Assembly (NCBI GenBank): GCA_963751275.1
Contig: CAVVTZ010000007.1
Span: forward strand, 192,001-256,000
DNA: 64,000 nucleotides
Direction: 5' to 3'
Origin: an uncultured Gemmatimonadaceae bacterium
GTDB taxonomy: Bacteria > Gemmatimonadota > Gemmatimonadetes > Gemmatimonadales > Gemmatimonadaceae
This document shows positions 1 through 10,797 of the stretch, in pieces; the first letter of the stretch is position 1, and every line of letters begins with the position of its first letter. A model generated the notes under the pieces. It did not search any database and had not been told where the DNA came from. It saw only the letters and a list, made by a program, of their open reading frames with translations. Both the position numbers and the translations under genes were made by a program.

Positions 1-2024
1 GCTGGATCAGGCGCGCCACGCGGTTCGCCGTCTCGGTCTGCGGGATCACGGCGACGCCGGCGTTCTTGGCGTTCGACGCCGACTCGACCAGCATCGCGCA
101 GTAGGCGAAGCAGGCGGGCAGGACCATCGTGTCCACCATCTCGCGGAGCATGGTGAGCTCGATCAGCATGTCCTTCACGTATCGCTCGATGCGCACGTGG
201 TAGCGCGACTCGAGCTCTTCCTTCGAGAGAATGCCGAGCTTCTGGAAGAGCGCCCGCGATTGCTTGGTCAGCATCTGACCGAGCGCTTCGGGCGTGCGGC
301 GGAAGTTCGGGAGGCCGCGCTTCTCGGCTTCCTTCACCCACTCGTCGGAGTAGTTGTTCCCCTCGAAGCGGATCGCGGCCGTCTCCTTGAACACCTCGCG
401 CACCACCTTGAGCACCGCGTCGTCGCCCGACTTCGCGTTCTTGAGCAACGGCGGAGCGTGGCCGTGATCTCGCTGAGCGCCTCGGCGACCGTCGCGTTGA
501 GCAGCATCACCGGGAAGGCGATCGAAGGCTCGCCGCCCACCGCGCGGAACTCGAACTTCGCGCCGGTGAACGCGAACGGCGACGTGCGATTGCGGTCGGT
601 GTTGTCCTTGTCGACTCCGGGAGCTTCGTTCACGCCGAGGCTGGATCAGCGCCTGCGCGGCGCTGGTGGTGCCCGTCTTGCCGGCGACGATGTCGTCGAT
701 CATGCGCGTGAGCATGTCGCCCATGAACACGGAGATGATCGCGGGCGGCGCTTCGTTGGCGCCGAGCCGGTGCTCGTTGCCCGAGGTCGCGATGCTCGCG
801 CGCAGGAGACCCGGCATGCTTGTGCACCGCCTTGAGCACGGCGGCGAGGAAGAGCAGGAAGCGGATGTTCTGGTGCGGCGTCTTGCCCGGCTTGAGCAGG
901 TTCACGCCGTCGAGCGCGTCGTTGTCGGCGTGATCGCCATCGACCAGTTGCAGTGCTTGCCCGAGCCGTTGATGCCGGCAAAGGGCTTCTCGTGCGAGCA
1001 GCGCCTGGAGCCCGTGGCGCAGCGCGACGCGGCGGAGCACCGCCATGACGAGCTGGTTGTGGTCGACGGCGATGTCGGACTCCTCGAACATCGGCGCCAT
1101 CTCGAACTGGCAGGGCGCGACTTCGTTGTGCCGCGTGACGATCGGCACGCCGAGCTTGTAGAGCTCGTGCTCGACTTCGCTGATGCAGGCCAGGATGCGC
1201 TCGGGGATCCCGCCGAAGTAGTGGTCCTCGAGCTGCTGGCCGCGCGGCGGCGGCGCGCCGAGGAGCGTGCGGCCGCCCATGACGAGATCCGGGCGGAGCG
1301 CGAAGTGCACGCGGTCGATGAGGAAATATTCCTGCTCGGGTCCGAGCGTGGTGTACACGCGCTGTACGCCCTTGTCGCCGAGCAGCTCGAGGAGCTCGAT
1401 CGTCTTCTCGGAGAGGACGTCGGAGCTGCGGAGCAGCGGCGTCATCTCGTCGAGCGCTTCGCCGTTGTAGCCGATGAAGACCGACGGGATGCAGAGCGTG
1501 CGCGTGTTGCCGCCCTCGACGATGAAGACGGGGCTGGCCGGGTTCCACGCGGTGTAGCCGCGCGCTTCCCACGTGGCGCGCAGTCCGCCGGAGGGGAAGC
1601 TCGAGGCGTCGGGCTCGCTCTGGATGAGCTGCGCGCCGGAGAAGCTCTCCATGGGGGAGAGCTTCTCGTCGAAGCTGAGGAACGCGTCGTGCTTCTCGGC
1701 GGTGAGGCCGGTCTGCGGCTGGAACCAGTGCGTGAAGTGCGTGACGCCGCGCGACATCGCCCATTCCTTGATGACCTGCGCGACCGTGGGTGCGATCTCG
1801 ACGTCGAGTTTCTTCCCGAGGCGGATGGCGGCGACGAGCTTGGTGTAGACCTCCTTCGGGAGCTTCGCCTTCATCTGGCGAACGCCGAAGGTGTTGATGC
1901 CGAAGTATTCGGAGGTGGGCGGGAGCGTCGCTTTCCCGTTGGAATGCGGGAGTTCGATCCGTGGGAGGCGGCGCGCGAGATCCTGCACGGCGGCCTTCCG
2001 CGGATTCGAGATGAACGAGGGCAT
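1..2024 (-). CDS. glnA: Glutamine synthetase type III (3' end runs off window; several 1-bp frameshifts in 1-1000)
   Basis: GSIII motifs [55 protein letters not shown]; downstream frames give RLGANEAPP and [21 protein letters not shown]. Confidence 0.93.
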
Positions 2025-2078
2025 GTGAGTGGGGCTCCGGCTGGCGTGGAGGGAGGCGCGAGTACCGTGCGCGGAAAT

Positions 2079-2165
2079 TTGCATAAACGACAGAATTTAT
2101 GCAACAGGGGAAACGGGAAACGGGAATCGGGAGCAAAACGACTGCAAAAACCGGCAAGTTTTGCA
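2079..2165 (-). promoter_or_regulatory. Two TGCA-ended palindromes upstream of GSIII (candidate operators)
   Basis: TTGCATAAA-N8-TTTATGCAA (2079-2104) and TGCAAAA-N9-TTTTGCA (2143-2165), AT-rich for this genome. Confidence 0.45.
2108..2135. repeat. 7-bp tandem array GGGAAAC/GGGAATC x4
   Basis: gggaaac gggaaac gggaatc gggagca. Confidence 0.7.
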
Positions 2166-2199
2166 CAAGCAGCCGTCGCTTAGTAGCTCTTGGGCATAG

Positions 2200-2238
2200 A
2201 AAAGCGGGGCGGCGGGCCGATACGGCCCGCCGCCCCGC
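2200..2238 (-). terminator. Rho-independent terminator of M28 peptidase gene
   Basis: 16-bp stem GCGGGGCGGCGGGCCG-ATA-CGGCCCGCCGCCCCGC followed by TTTT on minus strand. Confidence 0.8.
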
Positions 2239-2261
2239 GTTCGTGGCGCCTTACGGGCGGG

Positions 2262-3947
2262 CTACTGCCGGCAGGGGGCCGTCGGGTCGGGGAGTGGGTG
2301 ATCGACCACCACGCGGTGGTCGAGGTCGGCGACGGTGAGGGCGACATCGAAGACGAACTGTGTCACGTGCGCGAAGTGCTGGTAATCGATGTACTGCGGC
2401 TCATCGGTGAGCTGGTGGTAGTCCTGGTGCGTGCCGGTGGTGAAGAAGGTGATCGGGATGCCGTAGCGCGCGTAGTTCGCGTGGTCGCTGCGGCAGTAGA
2501 TGTTCTCGGGGTGGCCGTTCGCATCGAACGTGTAATCGAACACGAAGGGCTGTTTGCGCTTCTTGTTCTGCGCTTCCACGATGTCGCCGAGTTCGGTCGA
2601 GAGGCGCCGGGAGCCGATCAGCTGCAGATACAGCGGGCCGCCACCCTTGAGATCGGCGGCGTCGCCGCGGCCGATCATGTCGATGTTGAGCTGGGCGACG
2701 ATCGAATCGCGCGGCACGGTGGTGTGGTCGGTGAACCAGCGCGAGCCGAGGAGACCGAGCTCCTCGCCCGTGTGCCAGACGAAGAGCATGGAGCGCTTGG
2801 GGTGCGGTCTCGTGGCGGCCATCGCCTGCGCGATCTCGAGCACGGCCATGGAGCCGGAGCCGTCGTCATCGGCGCCGTTGTTGATCGAATCGGGGCGCGG
2901 CGGGCGGATCTTGCGCAGGCTGTCGACGTTCACGTGAATGCTTGAAATGGCCTGCGCGGATGGGGCGGGCGCTTCAACATCGCGGCCGCGCAGCTCCCAC
3001 GCGGCGGTGAGCGCGGCGCGCAGGGAATCGTGGTCCACCGCGTGGTCGCGCACGCCGATGTGATCGCTATGGGCGCCGATCGCGACGTACTCACCCTTCA
3101 CCTTCTTGTCGCTGCCGGGCAGCACGGCGACGACGTTGCGCGCGAGGAGCGGCTGTTCGTTCAGGCGGATGGCGCCGTGCACGGTCACGCCACTGTCGCC
3201 GGCGCGTGCGCTGTCGAGCGGGTGGCCGAGGAGCAGCTGCGCGGTGCGCGGCGTGATGAGCATGATCTGCGGCGTACCGACGCCGGTCGATGCGGTGGAG
3301 GCCATGCCGATCGACGAACGCGAGAGCAGCGCGAGCGCGCCGGGGGTGGCGCGCTCGAGTCCGGGCATCGCGACGCCGGCCGCGCCGGCGAAGCGGCTGT
3401 TGCCGCGCAGGAAGGGGATCGCGATGCGCTGACCGGCGGCGGCCGGCGCCATGCCGAACACGACGAGCTTGCCGGCGGCCTGGGCGGCGGAGATCCACGT
3501 GGTGGAGTCGGTCCAGATGCCGCCGTACACGGCACGTACGCCCTCGAGCGGGCGCGGTGTGCCGCGCGTACCGAGCGGGACGAAATCGGCCGGCGCGATG
3601 AGCACCGTCGTGTCGGCACGGAGGGTGTCCACCGGCGCGAAGCTGCGGCGCACGAGGGGCACGTACTGGAAATACGTCCCGCTGTCACCCGCGGGCACGA
3701 GGCCGATCTTCTTCAACTCAGCGGCGATATACGCCGTGGCCTTGAGATTGCCTTCCGTGCCGCCCTGGCGGCCGGCCATCGAATCGTCGGCGAAGATGTA
3801 GAGCCGCGTCATGAGATCGGCGGCGGTGATGGCGGCGGTGGTGGGCTTGGGCGTGTGCTTGAGCGGCAGCGCGGGCGGCGCAGCCTGCGCCGCGGCGAGA
3901 GCGGGGAACGCGGCAAGGGCCGCGAGGATTACGAATCGACGATGCAT
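2262..3947 (-). CDS. Secreted M28 family aminopeptidase
   Basis: Signal peptide; IGAHSDH, NGADDDGSG, TGEELGLLGS, LNIDMIGR, RSDHANY, DYHQLTD. Confidence 0.9.
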   Translation of the reverse strand: MHRRFVILAALAAFPALAAAQAAPPALPLKHTPKPTTAAITAADLMTRLYIFADDSMAGRQGGTEGNLKATAYIAAELKKIGLVPAGDSGTYFQYVPLVRRSFAPVDTLRADTTVLIAPADFVPLGTRGTPRPLEGVRAVYGGIWTDSTTWISAAQAAGKLVVFGMAPAAAGQRIAIPFLRGNSRFAGAAGVAMPGLERATPGALALLSRSSIGMASTASTGVGTPQIMLITPRTAQLLLGHPLDSARAGDSGVTVHGAIRLNEQPLLARNVVAVLPGSDKKVKGEYVAIGAHSDHIGVRDHAVDHDSLRAALTAAWELRGRDVEAPAPSAQAISSIHVNVDSLRKIRPPRPDSINNGADDDGSGSMAVLEIAQAMAATRPHPKRSMLFVWHTGEELGLLGSRWFTDHTTVPRDSIVAQLNIDMIGRGDAADLKGGGPLYLQLIGSRRLSTELGDIVEAQNKKRKQPFVFDYTFDANGHPENIYCRSDHANYARYGIPITFFTTGTHQDYHQLTDEPQYIDYQHFAHVTQFVFDVALTVADLDHRVVVDHPLPDPTAPCRQ

Positions 3948-4051
3948 GCGCTATGAGTTGGGGGAGGAAGGGCTGACGACTCCGGATGCAGCACGAGTCG
4001 CGCTTGGAAGATACGCGGCCTGATCGCACTTCGTTGTCATTGGGAGGAACC

Positions 4052-4531
4052 ATGACCGCACCGGCGAACGACGTTCCTGCATTGATCTCCGCGTTGGAGG
4101 GCGTGCCGAAGCTGATCACGCCGATGCTGCGAGACATGCCGCCCGAGAACCTGAAACGGCGGCCGTCGCCGAAGAAATGGAGCGCGCACGAGCACGCGTG
4201 CCACCTGGGCCTGGTGCATGGTCTCTTCTTCGACCGTCTCGAACGGATGCTGCACGAGGATGGCGCGCAGGTCGTACCCTACGATCCGGAATCCGAGCCG
4301 GAGGACATGCTGATCACGATGGACCTCGACGCGACGCTCGCGAAGTTCGCCCGGGAGCGCACGGAGATCCTGGCGAAGATCCGGGCGCTCACGCCGGCGC
4401 AGTGGGGGCGCACGGCGCGCCACCCGGAATACCGCACATACACCGTGTACATCATGTTCCGGCACCTGCTGCTGCACGACATGCTGCACGGGTACCGCAT
4501 CGAGGAGCTGGCGTACAAGACGAACTGGTAG
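4052..4531 (+). CDS. DinB/YfiT family protein
   Basis: WSAHEHACHL and HLLLHDMLH metal His triad; GGAGG RBS before ATG 4052. Confidence 0.8.
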   Translation: MTAPANDVPALISALEGVPKLITPMLRDMPPENLKRRPSPKKWSAHEHACHLGLVHGLFFDRLERMLHEDGAQVVPYDPESEPEDMLITMDLDATLAKFARERTEILAKIRALTPAQWGRTARHPEYRTYTVYIMFRHLLLHDMLHGYRIEELAYKTNW

Positions 4532-4533
4532 AG

Positions 4534-4568
4534 CGGCACTCGGCGCTCGGACCTCGGCGCTCGGCGAC
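4534..4568. repeat. 7-bp tandem array CGGCGCT-like x5
   Basis: cggcact cggcgct cggacct cggcgct cggcgac. Confidence 0.6.
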
Positions 4569-4626
4569 CGCGCACGGCGAAGGGCGGACACCGATTACAT
4601 TTCCGGTTCCTCAAACCCGGCGTCCC

Positions 4627-6303
4627 GTGGCTCCCCAGTTCATCTACGTCATGAAGGACCTGCGCAAGGTCGTCCCGCCCAGCCGGGAGATCCTGCGCGG
4701 CATCTGGCTGTCGTTCTATCCCGGCGCCAAGATCGGCGTACTCGGCGGCAACGGCGCGGGCAAGAGCACGCTGCTGCGCATCATGGCCGGCATGGACCAT
4801 GATTTCCAGGGTGAAGCGTGGCCGGCGCAGGGGACGAAGATCGGCTATCTGCCGCAGGAGCCGCAGCTCGATCCCAAGCTCGACGTGAAGGGGAACGTCG
4901 AGCTCGCGGTGTCGGCGCAGCGCGCGCTGCTCAAGAAGTTCGAGGACATCAGCGCGAAGTTCGCCGAGCCGATGAGCGATGACGCGATGGCGAAGCTCAT
5001 CGATGAGCAGGGGCGCGTGCAGGAACAGATCGACACGCAGAACCTGTGGGAGCTGGACCGCCAGATCGACATCGCGATGGATGCGTTGCGCTGTCCGCCC
5101 GCCGACGCGAACGTGACGAAGCTCTCCGGCGGCGAGCGCCGCCGCGTGGCGCTCTGCCGCGTGTTGCTCGAGCATCCCGACATGCTGCTGCTCGACGAGC
5201 CGACGAACCATCTGGACGCCGAGAGCGTCGCGTGGCTCGAGCGGCACCTCGCGGAATTCCCGGGTACCGTGGTCGCGATCACGCACGACCGGTATTTCCT
5301 GGACAACGTCGCGAAGTGGATCCTCGAGCTCGACCGCGGCTCCGGCATCCCATGGGAAGGGAATTACACGAGCTGGCTGGACCAGAAGAGCACGCGGCTC
5401 AAGCAGGAGGAGAAGCAGGCGAGCGCCCGGCAGCGCACGCTGGAGCACGAGCTCGAATGGGTGCGCATGGCGCCGCGCGCGCGGCAGGCGAAGAACAAGG
5501 CGCGCATCCAGAAGTACGAGGAGCTGGCGGCCGCCGACACGTTCGAGCGCGTGTCCAAGAACGAGATCGTGATCCCGCCCCCGCCGCGGCTGGGCAACGA
5601 TGTGGTGATCGCGAAGGACCTCAAGAAAGGTTATGGCGACCGGCTGCTGTTCGAGAATCTCTCCTTCGCGCTGCCGCGCGGCGGGATCGTGGGCGTGATC
5701 GGCGCGAACGGCGCGGGGAAGACCACGCTCTTCCGGTTGATCACGGGGCAGGAGAAGCCGGACGGCGGCACGCTCACTGTGGGCGACACGGTGCACATCG
5801 CGTACGTGGATCAGGGGCGCGAGCTGAATGCCGCGAACACGGTGTTCCAGGAAGTGTGCGGCAACCAGGAGACGATCGCGGTGGGCAACAAGGAGATGAA
5901 CGCACGCGCGTATCTCGCGAGTTTCAACTTCCGCGGCGCCGACCAGCAGAAGAAGGTGAAGGACCTCTCCGGCGGCGAGCGCAACCGGCTGCACCTTGCG
6001 AACGTGCTCAAGGCCGGCGGCAACCTGCTGCTGCTCGACGAGCCGACGAACGATCTGGACGTGGACACGCTGCGCGCGCTCGAGGATGCGATGCTCGACT
6101 TCGCCGGCTGCGCCGTGATCATCTCACACGACCGGTGGTTCCTCGACCGCGTGGCGACGCACATGCTCGCCTTCGAGGGGGACAGCGAGGTGGTGTGGTT
6201 CGAGGGGAACTACGCGGCGTACATCGAGGACCTGCACCGCCGCAAAGGAACGGACGCGGATCAGCCGCACCGGCTGAAGTACAGGAAGCTCGTTCGAAAT
6301 TGA
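4627..6303 (+). CDS. ettA: Energy-dependent translational throttle protein EttA (ABC-F)
   Basis: Two ABC domains, LSFYPGAKIGVLG, ELEWVRMAPRARQAKNKARI linker, C-terminal PHRLKYRKL. Confidence 0.95.
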   Translation: MAPQFIYVMKDLRKVVPPSREILRGIWLSFYPGAKIGVLGGNGAGKSTLLRIMAGMDHDFQGEAWPAQGTKIGYLPQEPQLDPKLDVKGNVELAVSAQRALLKKFEDISAKFAEPMSDDAMAKLIDEQGRVQEQIDTQNLWELDRQIDIAMDALRCPPADANVTKLSGGERRRVALCRVLLEHPDMLLLDEPTNHLDAESVAWLERHLAEFPGTVVAITHDRYFLDNVAKWILELDRGSGIPWEGNYTSWLDQKSTRLKQEEKQASARQRTLEHELEWVRMAPRARQAKNKARIQKYEELAAADTFERVSKNEIVIPPPPRLGNDVVIAKDLKKGYGDRLLFENLSFALPRGGIVGVIGANGAGKTTLFRLITGQEKPDGGTLTVGDTVHIAYVDQGRELNAANTVFQEVCGNQETIAVGNKEMNARAYLASFNFRGADQQKKVKDLSGGERNRLHLANVLKAGGNLLLLDEPTNDLDVDTLRALEDAMLDFAGCAVIISHDRWFLDRVATHMLAFEGDSEVVWFEGNYAAYIEDLHRRKGTDADQPHRLKYRKLVRN

Positions 6304-6431
6304 AACTGCCGGGAACCGATTGCCGGGAACCGGTGTGGCATGACAACAGATTCCCTAACGACATCGCGCGACGTCGTTAGGGAATTTGTTCTTATGCCAC
6401 ACCTGTTCCCGGCAATCGGTTCCCGGAAGTT
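6304..6431. repeat. 128-bp near-perfect palindrome between convergent genes
   Basis: 64-bp arms, 58/64 matched by hand, centre 6367/6368. Confidence 0.9.
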
Positions 6432-8128
6432 AGTGAGTCCAGCCGGGTCCTCTCACCGCGACTCCCGGCTTCGCCCCCGTCGGCGCCGAGTTCTTCACGA
6501 CCTGGACGCCGTTCACCCACACATCCGTGACCCCCACCGAGATCTGATGCGGCTGCTCGTAGGTCGCCTTGTCGATCACGGTGGCGGGGTCGAAGAGCAC
6601 GAGATCGGCGAACATCCCCTCCCGGATCAGGCCGCGGTCGAAGAGCGAGAGCCGCGCCGCCGGGCCTGAGCTCATCTTCCGGATCGCATCCTCGAGTGTG
6701 AGCAGGTGCTGCTCGCGCACGTAGCGGCCGAGGATCTTCGGGTAGCTTCCATAGCTGCGCGGAATGCACGATGTCGTGCGAGCTGTCGGGATCGGTGCCG
6801 CCGGCGTCGGTGCCGATCAGCACCCACGGGCGCACGAGCTGCATCGCGACGTTCTCCTCGGTCATGCTGAACGTGATCTTGCCGGTCTGATTGTTCTCGG
6901 CGATCACGATGTCCACCAGCGCGTCGGCCCACGGCTTGTTCATCGCGGCGGCGATCTTGTCGAGGCGCCAGCCGTCGTACTGCTTGAGCGCCGGCGCGAG
7001 CAGGCCGACCACCATGATGCGGTCGGCGAGTCCCTGGCAGAGATCGAGCGCGCCCGGGCCCGTGTCGGTGGCAGCCGCTATGATCTTCGCGCGCATCGCA
7101 GGATCCTTCAGATTCGCGAGGAGTTTGCCGTCGGCGCTCGCCCACTGCGGAAGGCACGCGGAGAGATTGTTGGCGCTCGCGGAATACGGGTACATCGTGG
7201 CGCCCACGTCCTGCCCGGCGCTGCGCGCGGAATCGATCTTTGCGACCGCGGCCGGCGCCTTGGCCCAGTTCTTCGGACCGGCGGCCTTGAAGTGGTAGAT
7301 CTCCACCGGCACGCCGCCGTTCCGGCCGATCGCCATCGCTTCATCCATCGCCTCGAGCAGCGTGTTCTCCTCCGAGCGCATGTGCGTGATGTAGACGCCG
7401 TGGTACGGCGCCATGGCCTTCGCCATCTCGGTGAGCTCGTCGGTGCCCGCGAACGATCCAGGCGGGTAGATGAGCGCGCTCGCGATGCCGAAGGCGCCGT
7501 CCTGCATCGCGCGCTGGACCACGGCGCGCATCGTGTCGAGTTCGGCGGCGTTCGGCGCGCCCGTCGTCTCGCCCTTCGCATAGACGCGCACCGTCGCGGC
7601 GCCGAGGAAGGAGCCGACGTTCACCGACATCCCGTGCCGCTGCATGGCGTCGAGCCAGTCGCCGAATCCGTGCGGGCCCATGAACTGCAGCGCGATGCGC
7701 CGGTCAGCGGTGTCGGAGGCGGGAATGGTCGCGAGGATCTTGTCATTCACCGGCGCCGGGGTGTCGCCCTCGCCGAGGATCTCGGTGGTGACGCCCTGGG
7801 TGACCTTGCTCACGTCGCGGCCGTCGCCGGTGAGCAGTTCGTACGATTGTCCCTGCATGTCGATGAAGCCGGGGGCGAGCACCTGCCCGTGCGCGTCGAT
7901 GCGCTGGTCGGCGCGCGCATCGGCGAGGGCGCCGTCGGGCGCGACGCGGGCGATACGGTTGCCGCGCACGCCGACGTCGCCGTAGAACCATGGATTCCCG
8001 GTGCCGTCGACGATCCTGGCGTTCGAGATCACGAGCGAATAGCTGTCGCCGTCGCCGGAAGGGGAGTGGCCGGCGGAGGCGCAGGCAGCGAAGAGGGCGG
8101 AGGCGATGATGAGCGCGGATCGGTTCAT
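6430..8128 (-). CDS. N-acyl-D-amino-acid deacylase family amidohydrolase, probable lipoprotein (frameshift ~6764)
   Basis: ARIVDGTGNPWFYGDVG, LAPGFID, YITHMRSE; removing one T restores HPRSYGSYPKILGRY. Confidence 0.88.
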
Positions 8129-8267
8129 TGAGGCACGCGGGCTGAAGTGGGTGGACGCGGAATTGGCGTCGATTCCCGCGCGAGCGCAAGCGGCGCGCGC
8201 GCCACAGGTGCTGGTCGGGGCGCCAGGCGCGCGGTAGACTCCCGTCGTCCCTTTGCCGGAAGACCGC

Positions 8268-9932
8268 ATGCGCCGCCGGACCACGCTCGTTCTCGTCACG
8301 CTCACGATCGGCACCGCACTGGCCGCCCAAGGCACGACGCCGGTCGCGGTCGCCGAAATGCAGTATCAGACCGTGCGCGCGCTCAAGGACGCGATGGATG
8401 TCGCGCGCGCCCGCGGCGTGGACCGTGTCGAGAACGGTGACTCGCTCGCCGCGGTGGCGCGTGCGTACGCCCATGAGCGCGACCTGCTCGGCGCGCTGCT
8501 GCGCGCGGTGGACAGCACCCAGCTCGACACGCTCTCGCGGCGGGCGCTGCGCACGATGCGCCGCACCGACGCGACCGAGCTCGCCGCCGACGCGGCGCCC
8601 GAGGTGCCCGACACGGCGCGCCCCGCCTGTGACTACGATCCCGCCGCGATCGCCGCACGGCCCAATGGGCTCGACTCGCTCTCGGCGCGCATCTACGCGT
8701 GCTACGGCTACGCTGCGCGCAACGTGATGTTCGATGGCGAGCGCCTCGACCGCCTCACAGTGCTGGGGCGACTCACGATCACGCCGGACTCGGCGCTGCG
8801 AAAGCGGATCTTCCTCTCCTTGGCGCCGATGTTCGCGACGATGAACGGCGACGATGGACCCAAGAGTCCGTACCGTGTCCTGGTGCCGCTGAGCGCCGCG
8901 CGATGGCGCGCGCGCGGTTCACCGGTGGCCGAGGCGGCGAGCGCGGTGGGAGTGGACCCCGCCGTGATGGAGCAGTGGCTCGTGTCGCTGCTGCAGCGCT
9001 GGCACGACGTGACGCCGGATTCGATGATCGAGCCGTGGGACTACGACTATCTCGCGGGACGCGCCGACCGCCGGCTGGATGCGCGCATCACCCGGCAGGG
9101 ACTCGCCGCGATCAATGCCGCGTACTACCGCTCCCTGGGCGCCGACCTCGACACGCTGCAGGTGCATTACGACCTGGCGCCGCGCGAAGGGAAAACGCCG
9201 GTGGCGTACACCACGTTCGGCCGCCGCGCGCGGCGCGACGGCGCGAGCTGGGCGCGCGGCGACGAATGGATCTTCGCCACGTACCGCTACGGCGGACTCG
9301 GCAATCTCAACGAGCTCATGCACGAGAGCGGCCACGCGATCCACATCGCCGCGATCCGTACGCGGCCGGCGTTCATGGACTGGCCCGACGATGATGCGTT
9401 CACCGAGGGGATCGCCGACATCGCCGCGCTCGAAGTGGATGAGCCCGCGTGGCAGCAGAAATGGCTCGGCGACGCGGCGCCGCTGGCGGACGACATGCGC
9501 TCGCGCTACGCCGCGATCATGATGGATGTCTGCTGGTCGCTGTTCGAGATCCGGATGCACGCGCGGCCGGCGTCGGACCCGAACGCGGTATGGACGCGGC
9601 TCACCTCGCAGTATCTGCGCATCACACCGCATCCGGAGCTCTCGTGGTGGGCGCGGCGCGGGCAGCTGGTGGACATCCCGGGCTACATGTCGAACTACGC
9701 GATCGGCGCGATCATCATCGCCGACATCCGCGCGCGGCTGATCGCGCAACACGGCGACTTCGCGCTCGGTGATCCAACATGGTACGGCTGGCTCTCACCG
9801 CGGCTCTATCGGTACGGGCTGCAGAAGTCGTCGCGCGAGGTGATCGAGGAGTTCCTCGGGCGGCCGCTCTCGCCCGACGCGCTGCTGGCCGATCTCGCCC
9901 GGATGAACGCCGCGCCGCCCCCGGCGCGCTAG
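8268..9932 (+). CDS. Secreted M2/M3-like gluzincin metallopeptidase
   Basis: Signal peptide; HESGH plus downstream AFTEGIAD; PWDYDY; YMSNYAIG. Confidence 0.7.
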   Translation: MRRRTTLVLVTLTIGTALAAQGTTPVAVAEMQYQTVRALKDAMDVARARGVDRVENGDSLAAVARAYAHERDLLGALLRAVDSTQLDTLSRRALRTMRRTDATELAADAAPEVPDTARPACDYDPAAIAARPNGLDSLSARIYACYGYAARNVMFDGERLDRLTVLGRLTITPDSALRKRIFLSLAPMFATMNGDDGPKSPYRVLVPLSAARWRARGSPVAEAASAVGVDPAVMEQWLVSLLQRWHDVTPDSMIEPWDYDYLAGRADRRLDARITRQGLAAINAAYYRSLGADLDTLQVHYDLAPREGKTPVAYTTFGRRARRDGASWARGDEWIFATYRYGGLGNLNELMHESGHAIHIAAIRTRPAFMDWPDDDAFTEGIADIAALEVDEPAWQQKWLGDAAPLADDMRSRYAAIMMDVCWSLFEIRMHARPASDPNAVWTRLTSQYLRITPHPELSWWARRGQLVDIPGYMSNYAIGAIIIADIRARLIAQHGDFALGDPTWYGWLSPRLYRYGLQKSSREVIEEFLGRPLSPDALLADLARMNAAPPPAR

Positions 9933-10699
9933 CTGGTCATGCTGAAGCGGTCGAGGGTCGCGCGCTCTTCGGGGGAGAGGCTGCGCGCGCCGCTGGTCTG
10001 CACCTTCTGCAGGAGGCGCACGACCTCGCCGCGGTTGATGGGGTGCAGATCGTCGAGACGGATCGCGCCCCAGCGTTTCTGCGCCTCGCCGTCGGCCGCG
10101 ACTGGCGGGGCGGCCGCGGTCCTCTTGAAACGCGCGGCGCCGCTCTGCTGGCGCAGCCACGACATGTAGACCCAGCCGACCACGATCCCGCCAAGGTGCC
10201 CGAGGTGCGCGGTGCCCGCTCCGACGTTCTTGTTGAGCGCGCCCAGCAGGGAATATCCCACGTAGATGGTGACGAGCAGCCAGACCTGCACCGGGAGGAT
10301 GCCCCAGATGTAGAGGCGGTCGCGCGGCCAGAGGCGCGCGTAGGCGGTGGTGACGCCGAAGATCGCGCCGGACGCACCGATGATCGGCGTGTAGTAGAAG
10401 GGCGGCATGAAGGAGAGCAGCCCGCCGCCGATCCCGCTGAGCAGGTAGAGCGTGATGAACCGGGAGCCGCCGAGCACGGTCTCGAGGCGCGGGCCGAAGA
10501 TGTACAGCGCGAGCATGTTGAAGCCGATGTGCGCGAGGCCGCTCGGGTCGTGGAGGAACATGTAGGTGATGAGCGTCCAGGGCGCCTGCAGCGCGTGCGC
10601 CGGCACGAGCCAGAACGTGGGCGTGATCCACGGTGCGGCCTGCTGAAGGATCCAGACCGCGATGTTGGTTCCGATGAGGATCGACACCCATTTCGTCAT
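9929..10699 (-). CDS. Rhomboid family intramembrane serine protease
   Basis: TYMFLH, HIGFNMLAL, GASGA, AHLGHLGG. Confidence 0.92.
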   Translation of the reverse strand: MTKWVSILIGTNIAVWILQQAAPWITPTFWLVPAHALQAPWTLITYMFLHDPSGLAHIGFNMLALYIFGPRLETVLGGSRFITLYLLSGIGGGLLSFMPPFYYTPIIGASGAIFGVTTAYARLWPRDRLYIWGILPVQVWLLVTIYVGYSLLGALNKNVGAGTAHLGHLGGIVVGWVYMSWLRQQSGAARFKRTAAAPPVAADGEAQKRWGAIRLDDLHPINRGEVVRLLQKVQTSGARSLSPEERATLDRFSMTS

Positions 10700-10797
10700 G
10701 GGGGGAAAGATGAACCGGCACCGGCGCGAAGGGCAGGGTGGCGTGGCGCGCACCTCGCGCCGCGTGCCTCGCGCCCCGGCTGTATGTTGATGGCACC

